Position numbers and translations under genes: made by a program. From positions 22,238 through 86,237 of the forward strand of contig CANQOO010000002.1 of the NCBI GenBank assembly GCA_947625515.1: a stretch of DNA of 64,000 nt, given 5' to 3'. Shown one piece after another: positions 9,415 through 17,465 of this stretch (within the stretch, counting starts at the first letter, position 1; each line of letters begins with the position of its first letter). The stretch is from an uncultured Clostridia bacterium. GTDB taxonomy: Bacteria; Bacillota; Clostridia; Christensenellales; UBA1242. The notes beneath the pieces were generated by a model. That model worked only from the letters and a program-made list of their open reading frames with translations, was not told where the DNA came from and ran no database searches.

Positions 9415-9446
9415 AGTGAAAAAAAAAGAAAAGAGGGCAAACCTCT
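9415..9446 (-). terminator. rho-independent terminator after rpsI
   Basis: Minus strand AAGAGGTTTGCCCTCTTTTCTTTTTTTT directly after the stop. Confidence 0.7.
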
Positions 9447-9850
9447 TATCTCTTTGAAAATTGTGATGCCTTGCGGGCCTTTTTCAAGCCATACTTCTTT
9501 CTTTCCTTCACTCTTGCGTCACGAGTGAGAAGCCCGGCATCTTTCAAATCCTTTTTAAATTGTGGATTGATTTTCACAAGTTCACGAGCGATGCCGTGGC
9601 AAATTGCCCCTGCCTGCCCAGAAATTCCGCCGCCGGAGACATTCACTTCGATGTCAAATTTGTCAGCAGTGTTTGTGAGGGTGAGAGGTTGTTTGGCAAT
9701 CAAAATCAGGGTGTCGCGTTGAAGATAATCGCCAACTTCTCTGCCGTTAACAGTGATGTTTCCGTTGCCGGCTGTCATACGCACGCGTGCGACTGCACTT
9801 TTTCTTCTTCCTGTTGCGATGGAGCAACTTTTAATTTTCTTCTCAGCCAT
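9446..9850 (-). CDS. rpsI: 30S ribosomal protein S9
   Basis: 134 aa ending [12 protein letters not shown]. Overlaps rplM stop (TAATG). Confidence 0.95.
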   Translation of the reverse strand: MAEKKIKSCSIATGRRKSAVARVRMTAGNGNITVNGREVGDYLQRDTLILIAKQPLTLTNTADKFDIEVNVSGGGISGQAGAICHGIARELVKINPQFKKDLKDAGLLTRDARVKERKKYGLKKARKASQFSKR

Positions 9851-10293
9851 TATTCTCTAACTCCCTTTAAAGTAATTGCTTGTGGATTTTGTGCCTGTTG
9901 TTGATGTTCAGCACCCTTATAGACATGCAGTCTTGTGATTTGTTTTCTTCCAAGACTTGTTTTTGGAAGCATGCCTTTCACCGCTTTAACAACCACCTTG
10001 TCGCTTGCATTTGCCATAAGTGTGTCATATCCGACTTCTTTCAGTCCGCCGATATAGCCAGTGTGCCAGCGAGATTTTTTCTTTTCAAGTTTCTTGCCGG
10101 TGATGACAAGTTTGTCGCTGTTGATGACCACAACAAAATCCCCCGTGTCAACATGAGGAGTGTAGATGGTCTTATTTTTTCCTGTCAAAAGGTCAGCAAC
10201 TTGAGATGCAAGACGGCCAAGAGGCATGTTTGTTGCATCAACAATCCACCATTTTCTTTCAACAGAGTTTGCGTTTGCCATGTAAGTTTTCAT
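9850..10293 (-). CDS. rplM: 50S ribosomal protein L13
   Basis: 147 aa. [30 protein letters not shown]. Confidence 0.95.
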   Translation of the reverse strand: MKTYMANANSVERKWWIVDATNMPLGRLASQVADLLTGKNKTIYTPHVDTGDFVVVINSDKLVITGKKLEKKKSRWHTGYIGGLKEVGYDTLMANASDKVVVKAVKGMLPKTSLGRKQITRLHVYKGAEHQQQAQNPQAITLKGVRE

Positions 10294-10469
10294 GATTTCT
10301 CCCTTAAAAATGTTTTCTCCTATAAATTTCTATGGTTTCAAAGAAAACGATTTTCATGGGGCTAACAATAAAAATCGTCTTGAAACGCAAGACATTGTTA
10401 TTGTAGTCTAATTGAAAGGATTTGTCAAGTGTTTGAAACAATTTTTTAAGAAAAAGCCCGCTTATTTTT

Positions 10470-10940
10470 CAAAAATTTGGCGGAAAGGAGAAAAATTTCT
10501 TCCCTAACAGAAAAATTCTTGAAAAATTTGGCGGAAAGAAGAAAGCTGGCTTTGAAAAATTAGCTGAAAAAAGAAAATCCAGCTGTGAAAAATTTAAAAA
10601 AATTGAAAAAAGAAGAAAAAAATCTCGCCCCAAGCCGCGAAATAGTGGGAAAATTGGCAACATAATGAAGAATTTTTGCCTCGGGCAGTGAAATTTTAAA
10701 AAAATTTGCTTCAAGATGTTGCAAAATGAATTAAAATATGAGATAATACATCAGTATTATGAGGTCTTTCGCCTTGCAACAACGCGGGACGAGAAATCAT
10801 GAAAAGAACAATTTGGCATTGTCTGAAAAAAATTCTGAAAAGCAAATTAGGGAATTCTCTGGACACAACCTGAAAAAGCAAATTTCACAATCAGGGAAAA
10901 ATTTGGAAAGTTTTCTGAGAATTTGGAAGAAGAAACATAA
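10470..10940. repeat. purine-rich word-repeat region (GAAAAATTTGG-type units, 8 or more copies)
   Basis: Repeated GAAAAATTTGGCGGAAAG / GAAAAATTAGCTGAAAAAAG / GGAAAAATTTGGAAAG units upstream of CDS 10951. ORFs here look like repeat artefacts. Confidence 0.5.
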
Positions 10941-10950
10941 GGAGATAGAT

Positions 10951-12699
10951 ATGGCTGAAAAAGTTGCAACAAAAACAAAAATCTTGCAGACAGTCGGCTT
11001 TATTGCACTGCTGCTTTTGTTGGCGGGAGCTTCGATTGGCATCACCTGGGCAGCACTGACTGGCAGTGTAAAGACGTCATTCACTGTCAGCTACACCGCC
11101 CGCAACGTGTATGCGGTTGTTTCGGGTGCATACATCCAAGGTTCTGGCGGCGGTGAGTCGCTTGGGGCGGACTTGCAGTTTTCTGGCAAAGAAGCCTCGG
11201 GCATTGAGAAGTCCTTCACCACCAAGCCGAAAATAGAACTTGACGGGCCGGACGATTATGTTGAGTTTCACTACACAATCAAAAACCTCAGCACCACGGA
11301 TGGCTTCGGCGTTCAGGTTCAGGTGACCGGATTTGAGGACGCCAACATCCGAGTCAGATATTCTTCTTACAGCCGTGCCACCACGGACGAAGCGACAGCA
11401 CAATTTCACTGCATCAGGCCGGCACTGACAAATCTCTATGTCACCCCGCAAGGCAGCGAAAAATCAGTTTTGGACATTGGAATCCGTGTGTCGATTGACG
11501 ACCCAAACAATGACGTCAGCGGCGTCGGCAAGTGCAACATTTTCATGGACGGCACTGCGGAAGAAACAGTTGGCGACCTGTTTGACCCATATTCCCAAAG
11601 TTTTGATGAATACAACGTCAACAAAGTCCTTCAACAAGTCTCTGGCGACGCAAATGCCAACATTTCCAACATGACCGCCATAACTGACCTTGCCACCAAC
11701 ACTGCCACATCTGCGGACATCATTGCAAACTACAACAAACTGCAAACAGCGAACGCCGACGGCTATTCCGTCTCCGCCAACAGTTATGACGCAGAGATAA
11801 TCATCGAACTTGGAGACCTTTTGTGGACGCCAGTCTATCTTTCCAAATCCACAACTGGCGACACCATCCTCACCCTTTGGCTGGTGGACAACCAGCAACC
11901 CGCATGGGCAAACAGAAAAGCGGATGAAGGGCAATACTATGGCTTCATTGACGGGGCATTATATGGTGATTGGTCCGCAAATTGGTATAAAAGCAAACCT
12001 GAATCAACAGAACCGTATCGGTCAAATATGTATGGGACATCTTATATTAGATCTGTTATATTGAACAATGGCGGCATGTATGTAACTTCTGGCACAGCCG
12101 ATGCCACCTCTTCACAGAGCGAAAGCAATGTGTTTGCACTCTTTACGATGGAAAAATTTGGCTTAACAAAATTTCTTGTGACGCCTGAACATGTAGCTTG
12201 GCAAGAAAGTGGACAAACTGCAAAGCAATTTGGTGCAACTTACAATCCCACAAATCAAAATTGGGGAGGCCCAGATAAAGTCCCAGATGATGATTTTTAT
12301 GAAAACTATGCTGGCAAAGAAGGCAATGACACATGGAAGAACGATTATCTTTGGCTGCCATCTCTTTCTGAAACTGGTAGCAACGAGACTACAAATGGCA
12401 TATGGGGAGCTACAGCGTCTCAAAAAGCACTTAATTACAGAGAAGTAGATAAATCATCGGGTGGTTTAGCCAATACAAATAAGCATGTGGGCAAAGGCAG
12501 CACTGAAACGTATCTAGCCCACCATTGGACTTGGCTTCGATCCGGGACCGTCGGTGCTAACAATGGTGCGGTCTGCTTTTTGAATGAAACTGGCAAATGG
12601 ACTCTCTCTGGCACTTTTAACGCCCACTATTCTTGTGCTATTCGACCTGCATTTCACCTCAATTTGACCAAAATTATCCAAGAGTTTACAAAAGCGTAA
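10951..12699 (+). CDS. secreted/surface protein, paralog of 62303-63523
   Basis: Start moved to MAEKVATK (AAGGAG RBS). N-terminal anchor ending GITWAALTGS (TasA/SipW-type-like). C-terminus with WLPSLSETG, WLRSG, AIRPAFHLNL (recalls DUF6273, unverified). Confidence 0.7.
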   Translation: MAEKVATKTKILQTVGFIALLLLLAGASIGITWAALTGSVKTSFTVSYTARNVYAVVSGAYIQGSGGGESLGADLQFSGKEASGIEKSFTTKPKIELDGPDDYVEFHYTIKNLSTTDGFGVQVQVTGFEDANIRVRYSSYSRATTDEATAQFHCIRPALTNLYVTPQGSEKSVLDIGIRVSIDDPNNDVSGVGKCNIFMDGTAEETVGDLFDPYSQSFDEYNVNKVLQQVSGDANANISNMTAITDLATNTATSADIIANYNKLQTANADGYSVSANSYDAEIIIELGDLLWTPVYLSKSTTGDTILTLWLVDNQQPAWANRKADEGQYYGFIDGALYGDWSANWYKSKPESTEPYRSNMYGTSYIRSVILNNGGMYVTSGTADATSSQSESNVFALFTMEKFGLTKFLVTPEHVAWQESGQTAKQFGATYNPTNQNWGGPDKVPDDDFYENYAGKEGNDTWKNDYLWLPSLSETGSNETTNGIWGATASQKALNYREVDKSSGGLANTNKHVGKGSTETYLAHHWTWLRSGTVGANNGAVCFLNETGKWTLSGTFNAHYSCAIRPAFHLNLTKIIQEFTKA

Positions 12700-12965
12700 A
12701 TGCAAAATTTATCAACTGCAATTTATTAAAATTAAAGAATTAAATTTAGAAATCGCTAAATTGAAAAATTAAATTTCCAAAATTAAAATTATATCAAAAA
12801 AATATAAAAAAATTAAATTACAAAACTAAAATTAGATTAGAAAAATATAAAAAATTAAACTTAAAATTTATTAAAAAAAATATAAAAATATCAAAATAAA
12901 AAATAACATAAGTAATTAGATTTTAAAATCAAAGTCTAAAAATCCCACAGTTTAACTAAAACAAG

Positions 12966-12998
12966 CAAAAACAGCCAATTTTGGCTGTTTTTACTTTT
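12966..12998. terminator. bidirectional terminator
   Basis: AAAAACAGCCAATTTTGGCTGTTTTTAC hairpin between convergent genes. Confidence 0.6.
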
Positions 12999-13120
12999 TT
13001 AAGATTTTTAAATTCTTTATCTTTTAAAATTGCGAAATTTTTCTTCAAGTTATTTCACAAGTTGTTTGCAGAAAAAATTGTTACTTTTTCAGTTTTATCA
13101 AATTTTCATTGCTTCAAAAA

Positions 13121-13690
13121 TTATTCTGCTACGCTTGTGGCAGAGAAGGTCGATGCATTTGTGCGAACTTTTTCAGTGGCGTTGACAAGTGCATTGTATT
13201 GGATGATGGTGCGGAAAAGTTTGCTCTTGTTTTCTTTGGTCATTTCCTCGCGGCGAAGAGCCTCCGCCTTGTTGAACACTTTGCCCGAAGTGATTGTCAT
13301 GACATATTCCAGTTGCAGGCGATTTTTGATGTCCTTAAATTTGTCGGCAAATTCCGCTTCCGCCACCGAGCATGTCTCCACAAGTGAAGCGACAACATCT
13401 TTTTCACTGCGGCCCGCAAGCAGCGAAACCTGCGGCAGGCAGTGCGAAAACACCTTCTTTTTCGCAACGTCATAGTCCCAGCCTTGCTCCACGCTGTCAA
13501 GCACGGAAGCCAATTCTTCCTTGAAAAATGCCGGCACAGGCAGCCCCTTTTCCTTCAAGAGCCCCTGATTGAACTTGCTGACAAGATACAAAAAGTTTGA
13601 ACGTGCTTTTTCAAGTTCAACGCCCTTGCTTGCCCTAACTTTCCCCTGAGAATCAAAGTCCAACAAATCAAACATATACAAAAAACACAT
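13121..13690 (-). CDS. hypothetical protein
   Basis: 189 aa, AAGGAG RBS 8 nt before ATG, no family recognised. Confidence 0.6.
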   Translation of the reverse strand: MCFLYMFDLLDFDSQGKVRASKGVELEKARSNFLYLVSKFNQGLLKEKGLPVPAFFKEELASVLDSVEQGWDYDVAKKKVFSHCLPQVSLLAGRSEKDVVASLVETCSVAEAEFADKFKDIKNRLQLEYVMTITSGKVFNKAEALRREEMTKENKSKLFRTIIQYNALVNATEKVRTNASTFSATSVAE

Positions 13691-13865
13691 AATATTTTCT
13701 CCTTTGTCAATATTTAAGTCCAGCCAGTCCGAAGCTGTTTGTCAGCAAACACCTCTCGCCCTAAACCTTGCCAGCCAGCCCCGCAGTTCAACCCCAGCCC
13801 GTCCGCATTCGCAGACGCTGCTAGACCTTGCCAGTCCGTCTTTGCTTCTTACATGACAAATTATA
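13691..13865 (-). promoter_or_regulatory. extended -10 promoter (TGaTATAAT) plus ~160-nt G-rich leader
   Basis: Minus strand TTGGTT-17-TATAAT (-10 at 13860-13865). Leader carries GGACTGGCAAGG / GGCTGGCAAGG / GGACTGGCTGG direct repeats. Confidence 0.35.
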
Positions 13866-13934
13866 TCACAAGTTTTTGTATAAACCAAACAATTTTTGAA
13901 TATTTATTCATTTTTTTTGTTTTTTTCTTGCCAC

Positions 13935-14258
13935 TCATACATTTTCAGCCGCGAAAAATGCCACCGCAATCGCCCCAGGACCAACATGTGTGCCAATTGT
14001 GCTGCCAATCATATATGACGGGATTTGCTCCACGTCAACATGTCCCCGCCAAAGACTCTCGCTGTCTTGGAGATATTTTTTCAGAAACGCGTCGCTGAAA
14101 CCCGAATATGCAAGGGCATAGGGCATATCAAAATCGATGCCGCATTTAAGTGCCAGCTGCATAAGCAGATTGTTGCCCTTTTTGGAACCCAAAATTGTTG
14201 TTTTGTCAACAATTTTTATATATTGTTGTTCTAATTCACATTCCCCGCAGCCTCGCAC
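13935..14258 (-). pseudogene. DegV-family fatty-acid-binding protein, C-terminal fragment only
   Basis: Ends IGSTIGTHVGPGAIAVAFF (DegV C-terminal signature). About 170-190 N-terminal residues are missing and repeats lie upstream. Confidence 0.55.
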
Positions 14259-14280
14259 ATTTTTAAGTCAATATTTCATT

Positions 14281-14420
14281 ATTTTATCGCACAATTATCG
14301 TAACGCACTTGCCAGCAAATTTTATCGCAATGCACTTTGAAGCAAATTTTATCGCAAAGACTTTGAAGCAAATTTTATTGCAAAGCACTTTGAAGCAAAT
14401 TTTATCGCAATGCACATTAT
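14281..14420. repeat. tandem 26-27 bp repeat x4 (GCAAATTTTATCGCAATGCACTTTGAA)
   Basis: Units at 14315, 14342, 14368, 14395, plus a degenerate leading copy. Confidence 0.85.
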
Positions 14421-14500
14421 TCTTTGTGCAGACCAGCATGCAATAATCTCCACTCCCAGCAAATAAATGCACAAAACGCCTCGCCGAGGCACAAAAAGCC

Positions 14501-14529
14501 TTGCAAAAAATTTTGAAGAGTGATATAAT
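14501..14529 (+). promoter_or_regulatory. promoter TTGCAA-17-TGaTATAAT
   Basis: TTGCAA 14501-14506, TATAAT 14524-14529 with TG extension. About 190 nt upstream of tRNA-Arg. Confidence 0.6.
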
Positions 14530-14552
14530 CATATCAGTGCAATCCGCAACAC

Positions 14553-14630
14553 GCCACAGCATAACATCATGCAGCCACAGCCTCACAACAGGCCACAGCA
14601 TAACATCATGCAGCCACAGCCTCACAACAG
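14553..14630 (+). repeat. perfect 39-bp tandem duplication
   Basis: GCCACAGCATAACATCATGCAGCCACAGCCTCACAACAG x2 (14553-14591, 14592-14630). Confidence 0.95.
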
Positions 14631-14716
14631 GATAATATTGAAGTCCACCACGACAACCGCAAAATGCTGTAACTCGTGACAAAGCCACTGCACAGACCAC
14701 AGTTCACAACATTTAT

Positions 14717-14793
14717 GTCTTCTTAGCTCAGCTGGATAGAGCGTCCCCCTCCTAAGGGGAAGGTCGGCAGTTCGAATCTGCCAGAGGACACCA
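14717..14793 (+). tRNA. tRNA-Arg (anticodon CCU), CCA encoded
   Basis: Acceptor GTCTTCT/AGAGGAC, anticodon loop CTCCTAA, T-arm GGCAG-TTCGAAT-CTGCC. Confidence 0.93.
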
Positions 14794-14825
14794 AAAAAGA
14801 CGACTTTTCCAGTCGTCTTTTTTTG
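14794..14825. terminator. bidirectional terminator
   Basis: AAGACGACT-TTTCC-AGTCGTCTT with flanking A and T runs. Confidence 0.75.
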
Positions 14826-14837
14826 CTATTCTTTCTT

Positions 14838-16895
14838 TTAGACAATTTCTCGTCTGGCAGTTTCAGGCCAAATCAAACTTTCATCCCAATGCTGCGACCA
14901 ATCAAATTGGCTTGGGAAAATTGTCATCAGCTCTTGCCAAGTGCTGCGGCCAAATCCGTAGCCTTGCGGTTGGTCCAAAAACGTCCAGTGAATTTGACCT
15001 ATGCAACCGTTTGGACCCAATCCCAAAGCAGAGAGTTCTTCGCACATGATGTCATCGATATAACTGTCAGTGCTGTCGATATATTTAAGTATGTAATATC
15101 CTTTTTTAAGCGTCACACCGTCAGCATACATAATGCCTGTGTAAAGCCCGGCTGCGGTTTCTGCAGGGTGGTCTCTAAAACGATAATATTGCAATGACTT
15201 TATGCATGAAAGTTGTGAAGATTTATAATATGCATAAGCAATGCCCGCCGCTTGCAGAATTTCGCCGTCAGCGTTGTTTGTAGGTCCGCAGACACCGCCT
15301 TCTGTTATGTGAACAGGACGAATTTGCCCGTTGCAAAGCTTTCCTTCTTGTTCCAAATAGAGTTGCAGCACTTCAAGGTTGGTGTAGGTGATTTTGCTTG
15401 TAAGCAAAGTTCCGTTCATGCCCTTGCTTTCGCCCTTATTTTTTGTGTCATTGTTCCAATAGTCTGCAACTGGCAGGTCGGCTCCATATGGGTGCAATGC
15501 AATTCCCCACAAATAGTTGCCTTCCGCCAAAGTCTTTGCTGCAAGAGTATCCAAAATGTTCTTTGGCGTATATTCATTCAGGGAAGAGGTATACCAGTTG
15601 TGTGTGATAGAAACCAAAATCGTGCTGTTTTTGTAATACTTTTTGACGGATTGATTGGCAATTCTTATCCAGCGTTCATATTCCACAAGATAATTGTCCA
15701 GTGACAATGGTGCTTGATGAACGGTTACAATGGCGTTCCACTCTTGTGCATAGTCAACCTCATTGCCGATGACATAGTTGTCCACAAAACCATTGACAAA
15801 GTTTCCGTTTTCATCTCTTTCTGTGTAGTGTTTTGCCAAAAATTCCATAAAGGCACCCCAGTAGTTTGCACCTTCAAGAGTTGAGGTGTTGACCTGCATG
15901 TATGGCCCTTCCTTGCCCGGTGTCAAGCCTGTTTGAGGCAAAAGTGCCGGATATGTGATGTATGGTGTAGGATAATGATTTGTGCACCATCTTTGTGTAA
16001 GAAGAATCAGTGTCACTTTGATGTTATTGGCATTATATGCCTTGATTGTGTTGTCATAACCAAGTGCCGCATTCAGGGAGAAATAATATCTCCTGCCGTT
16101 ATAGTCAATATAGTCAACATTTTCGTATGTTGCATTAACTGCTTCGTCCTTGATGCAAAGTTGGTTTGCCGCGTTTTTATATTCAGTATATTGTCTTGCC
16201 CTTGTGACACTTCCATTTCCGTCAAAATCTTCATTTGGAATGAAAATGCTGTTTATAACATAGTTAAGTTGAACCCAAGAGCAGCCCAGGTCAGTTATGT
16301 AATTCATATATGCCGTCGTGTCCTCGCACATAACGCCCTTGATGCTCTTTGCCGGATATGGCTCTTCAAAATCATTTATTGCATCAAAGTCTGAGCAATA
16401 CTTTGGCCCCGCCAGGATGTTGTCTCTGCTGTCCAACACATAATATTTAAGTATCGTGCCGTCTGTGTAAGGGCTGACGCTCTGTCCTTCAAGCGTGCTT
16501 GCCGTGTTTTGAGGTGCGTTTGGATAGAAAATCATATATCTGTCAATCACAAGTTCTTGGCTTGTGCCGCACTCATAGGTGCCGATGACAAATGGTGACG
16601 CCTCCGTCTCGGTTGCCACGCCGGTGAGTTCTTCACTTCGGAAATATTGGAAAGGCTGCAAAGCAACGATTGTGCCTTCTTCGCCCAAAAAGCCTATGTT
16701 GTCAAGTTTGATTGTGATTTTGTCAAGTGTTGCAGAGAGCGAGAAAACATAGTCCTCTTCTTCCACGACCTCTTCGTCAAATCCAATGTTTAAATCTTCA
16801 AGAGCACTTAAATCAAAATCACAGCCAGTCATCATTGTGCCAGCACCCACAAACAACGCCAGCAGCAGACATAAATGTTTGAATCCCGACTTCAT
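14838..16895 (-). CDS. lipoprotein, clan GH-A-like TIM-barrel glycosidase-like (DUF5722-like, unverified)
   Basis: 685 aa. Lipobox TMMTGC. VIGNEVDYAQEWN and ITEGGVCGP candidate acid/base and nucleophile motifs. Paralog of 20669-22507. Confidence 0.7.
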   Translation of the reverse strand: MKSGFKHLCLLLALFVGAGTMMTGCDFDLSALEDLNIGFDEEVVEEEDYVFSLSATLDKITIKLDNIGFLGEEGTIVALQPFQYFRSEELTGVATETEASPFVIGTYECGTSQELVIDRYMIFYPNAPQNTASTLEGQSVSPYTDGTILKYYVLDSRDNILAGPKYCSDFDAINDFEEPYPAKSIKGVMCEDTTAYMNYITDLGCSWVQLNYVINSIFIPNEDFDGNGSVTRARQYTEYKNAANQLCIKDEAVNATYENVDYIDYNGRRYYFSLNAALGYDNTIKAYNANNIKVTLILLTQRWCTNHYPTPYITYPALLPQTGLTPGKEGPYMQVNTSTLEGANYWGAFMEFLAKHYTERDENGNFVNGFVDNYVIGNEVDYAQEWNAIVTVHQAPLSLDNYLVEYERWIRIANQSVKKYYKNSTILVSITHNWYTSSLNEYTPKNILDTLAAKTLAEGNYLWGIALHPYGADLPVADYWNNDTKNKGESKGMNGTLLTSKITYTNLEVLQLYLEQEGKLCNGQIRPVHITEGGVCGPTNNADGEILQAAGIAYAYYKSSQLSCIKSLQYYRFRDHPAETAAGLYTGIMYADGVTLKKGYYILKYIDSTDSYIDDIMCEELSALGLGPNGCIGQIHWTFLDQPQGYGFGRSTWQELMTIFPSQFDWSQHWDESLIWPETARREIV

Positions 16896-17465
16896 AATTC
16901 TTCTCCTTAAAAGTTTAATCTTTCATATTATACATATTTATTTGCATTTTGTCCAGCAAAAAAATATTTTTTTCAACAAATTTATTTAAAATTTTTTAGT
17001 TTATTTTGTTTTTTATTTAAAATTTTAAATTTAAATCTCTCTATTTAAAACTCTTAATTTAGAGTGCTTAGTTTAAATTCTTAATTTAAAATTTTTATGG
17101 CTTAAATTTTTTGTTTGTAATTTTTTTCTCATTTTTTGTATTTAAAAATTTGACATATTTATTTTGTTTTTATTGTTTTTATTATAATTTGATTTCTATT
17201 AATTATATTTTGATTTTTATTTAAATTTATTTATTCATAGCTTTATTTTTTATTTAAGAAATATTTCCAAATTATTTAAAAAAATTTAGTTTATCCAATT
17301 GGGAAAATTTTTCAGTTGTTTTCTAATGAGAAAAAGTTTCAGTTGTTTTCTAAATTTAAAAAATTTTAAATAATTTTCTTTTAATAAATTTTTTTCAATA
17401 TTTATTTGACTTTTTGTGAAAAATAACTTAAAGTATTTATTGATCTTATTCAAAAGGGGAATGTT

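Noticed and set aside
14284-14700. 138-aa minus-strand ORF
   Set aside because: It is composed almost entirely of translated tandem repeats (PVVRLWLHDVMLW x2, KICFKV x2) and has no RBS.
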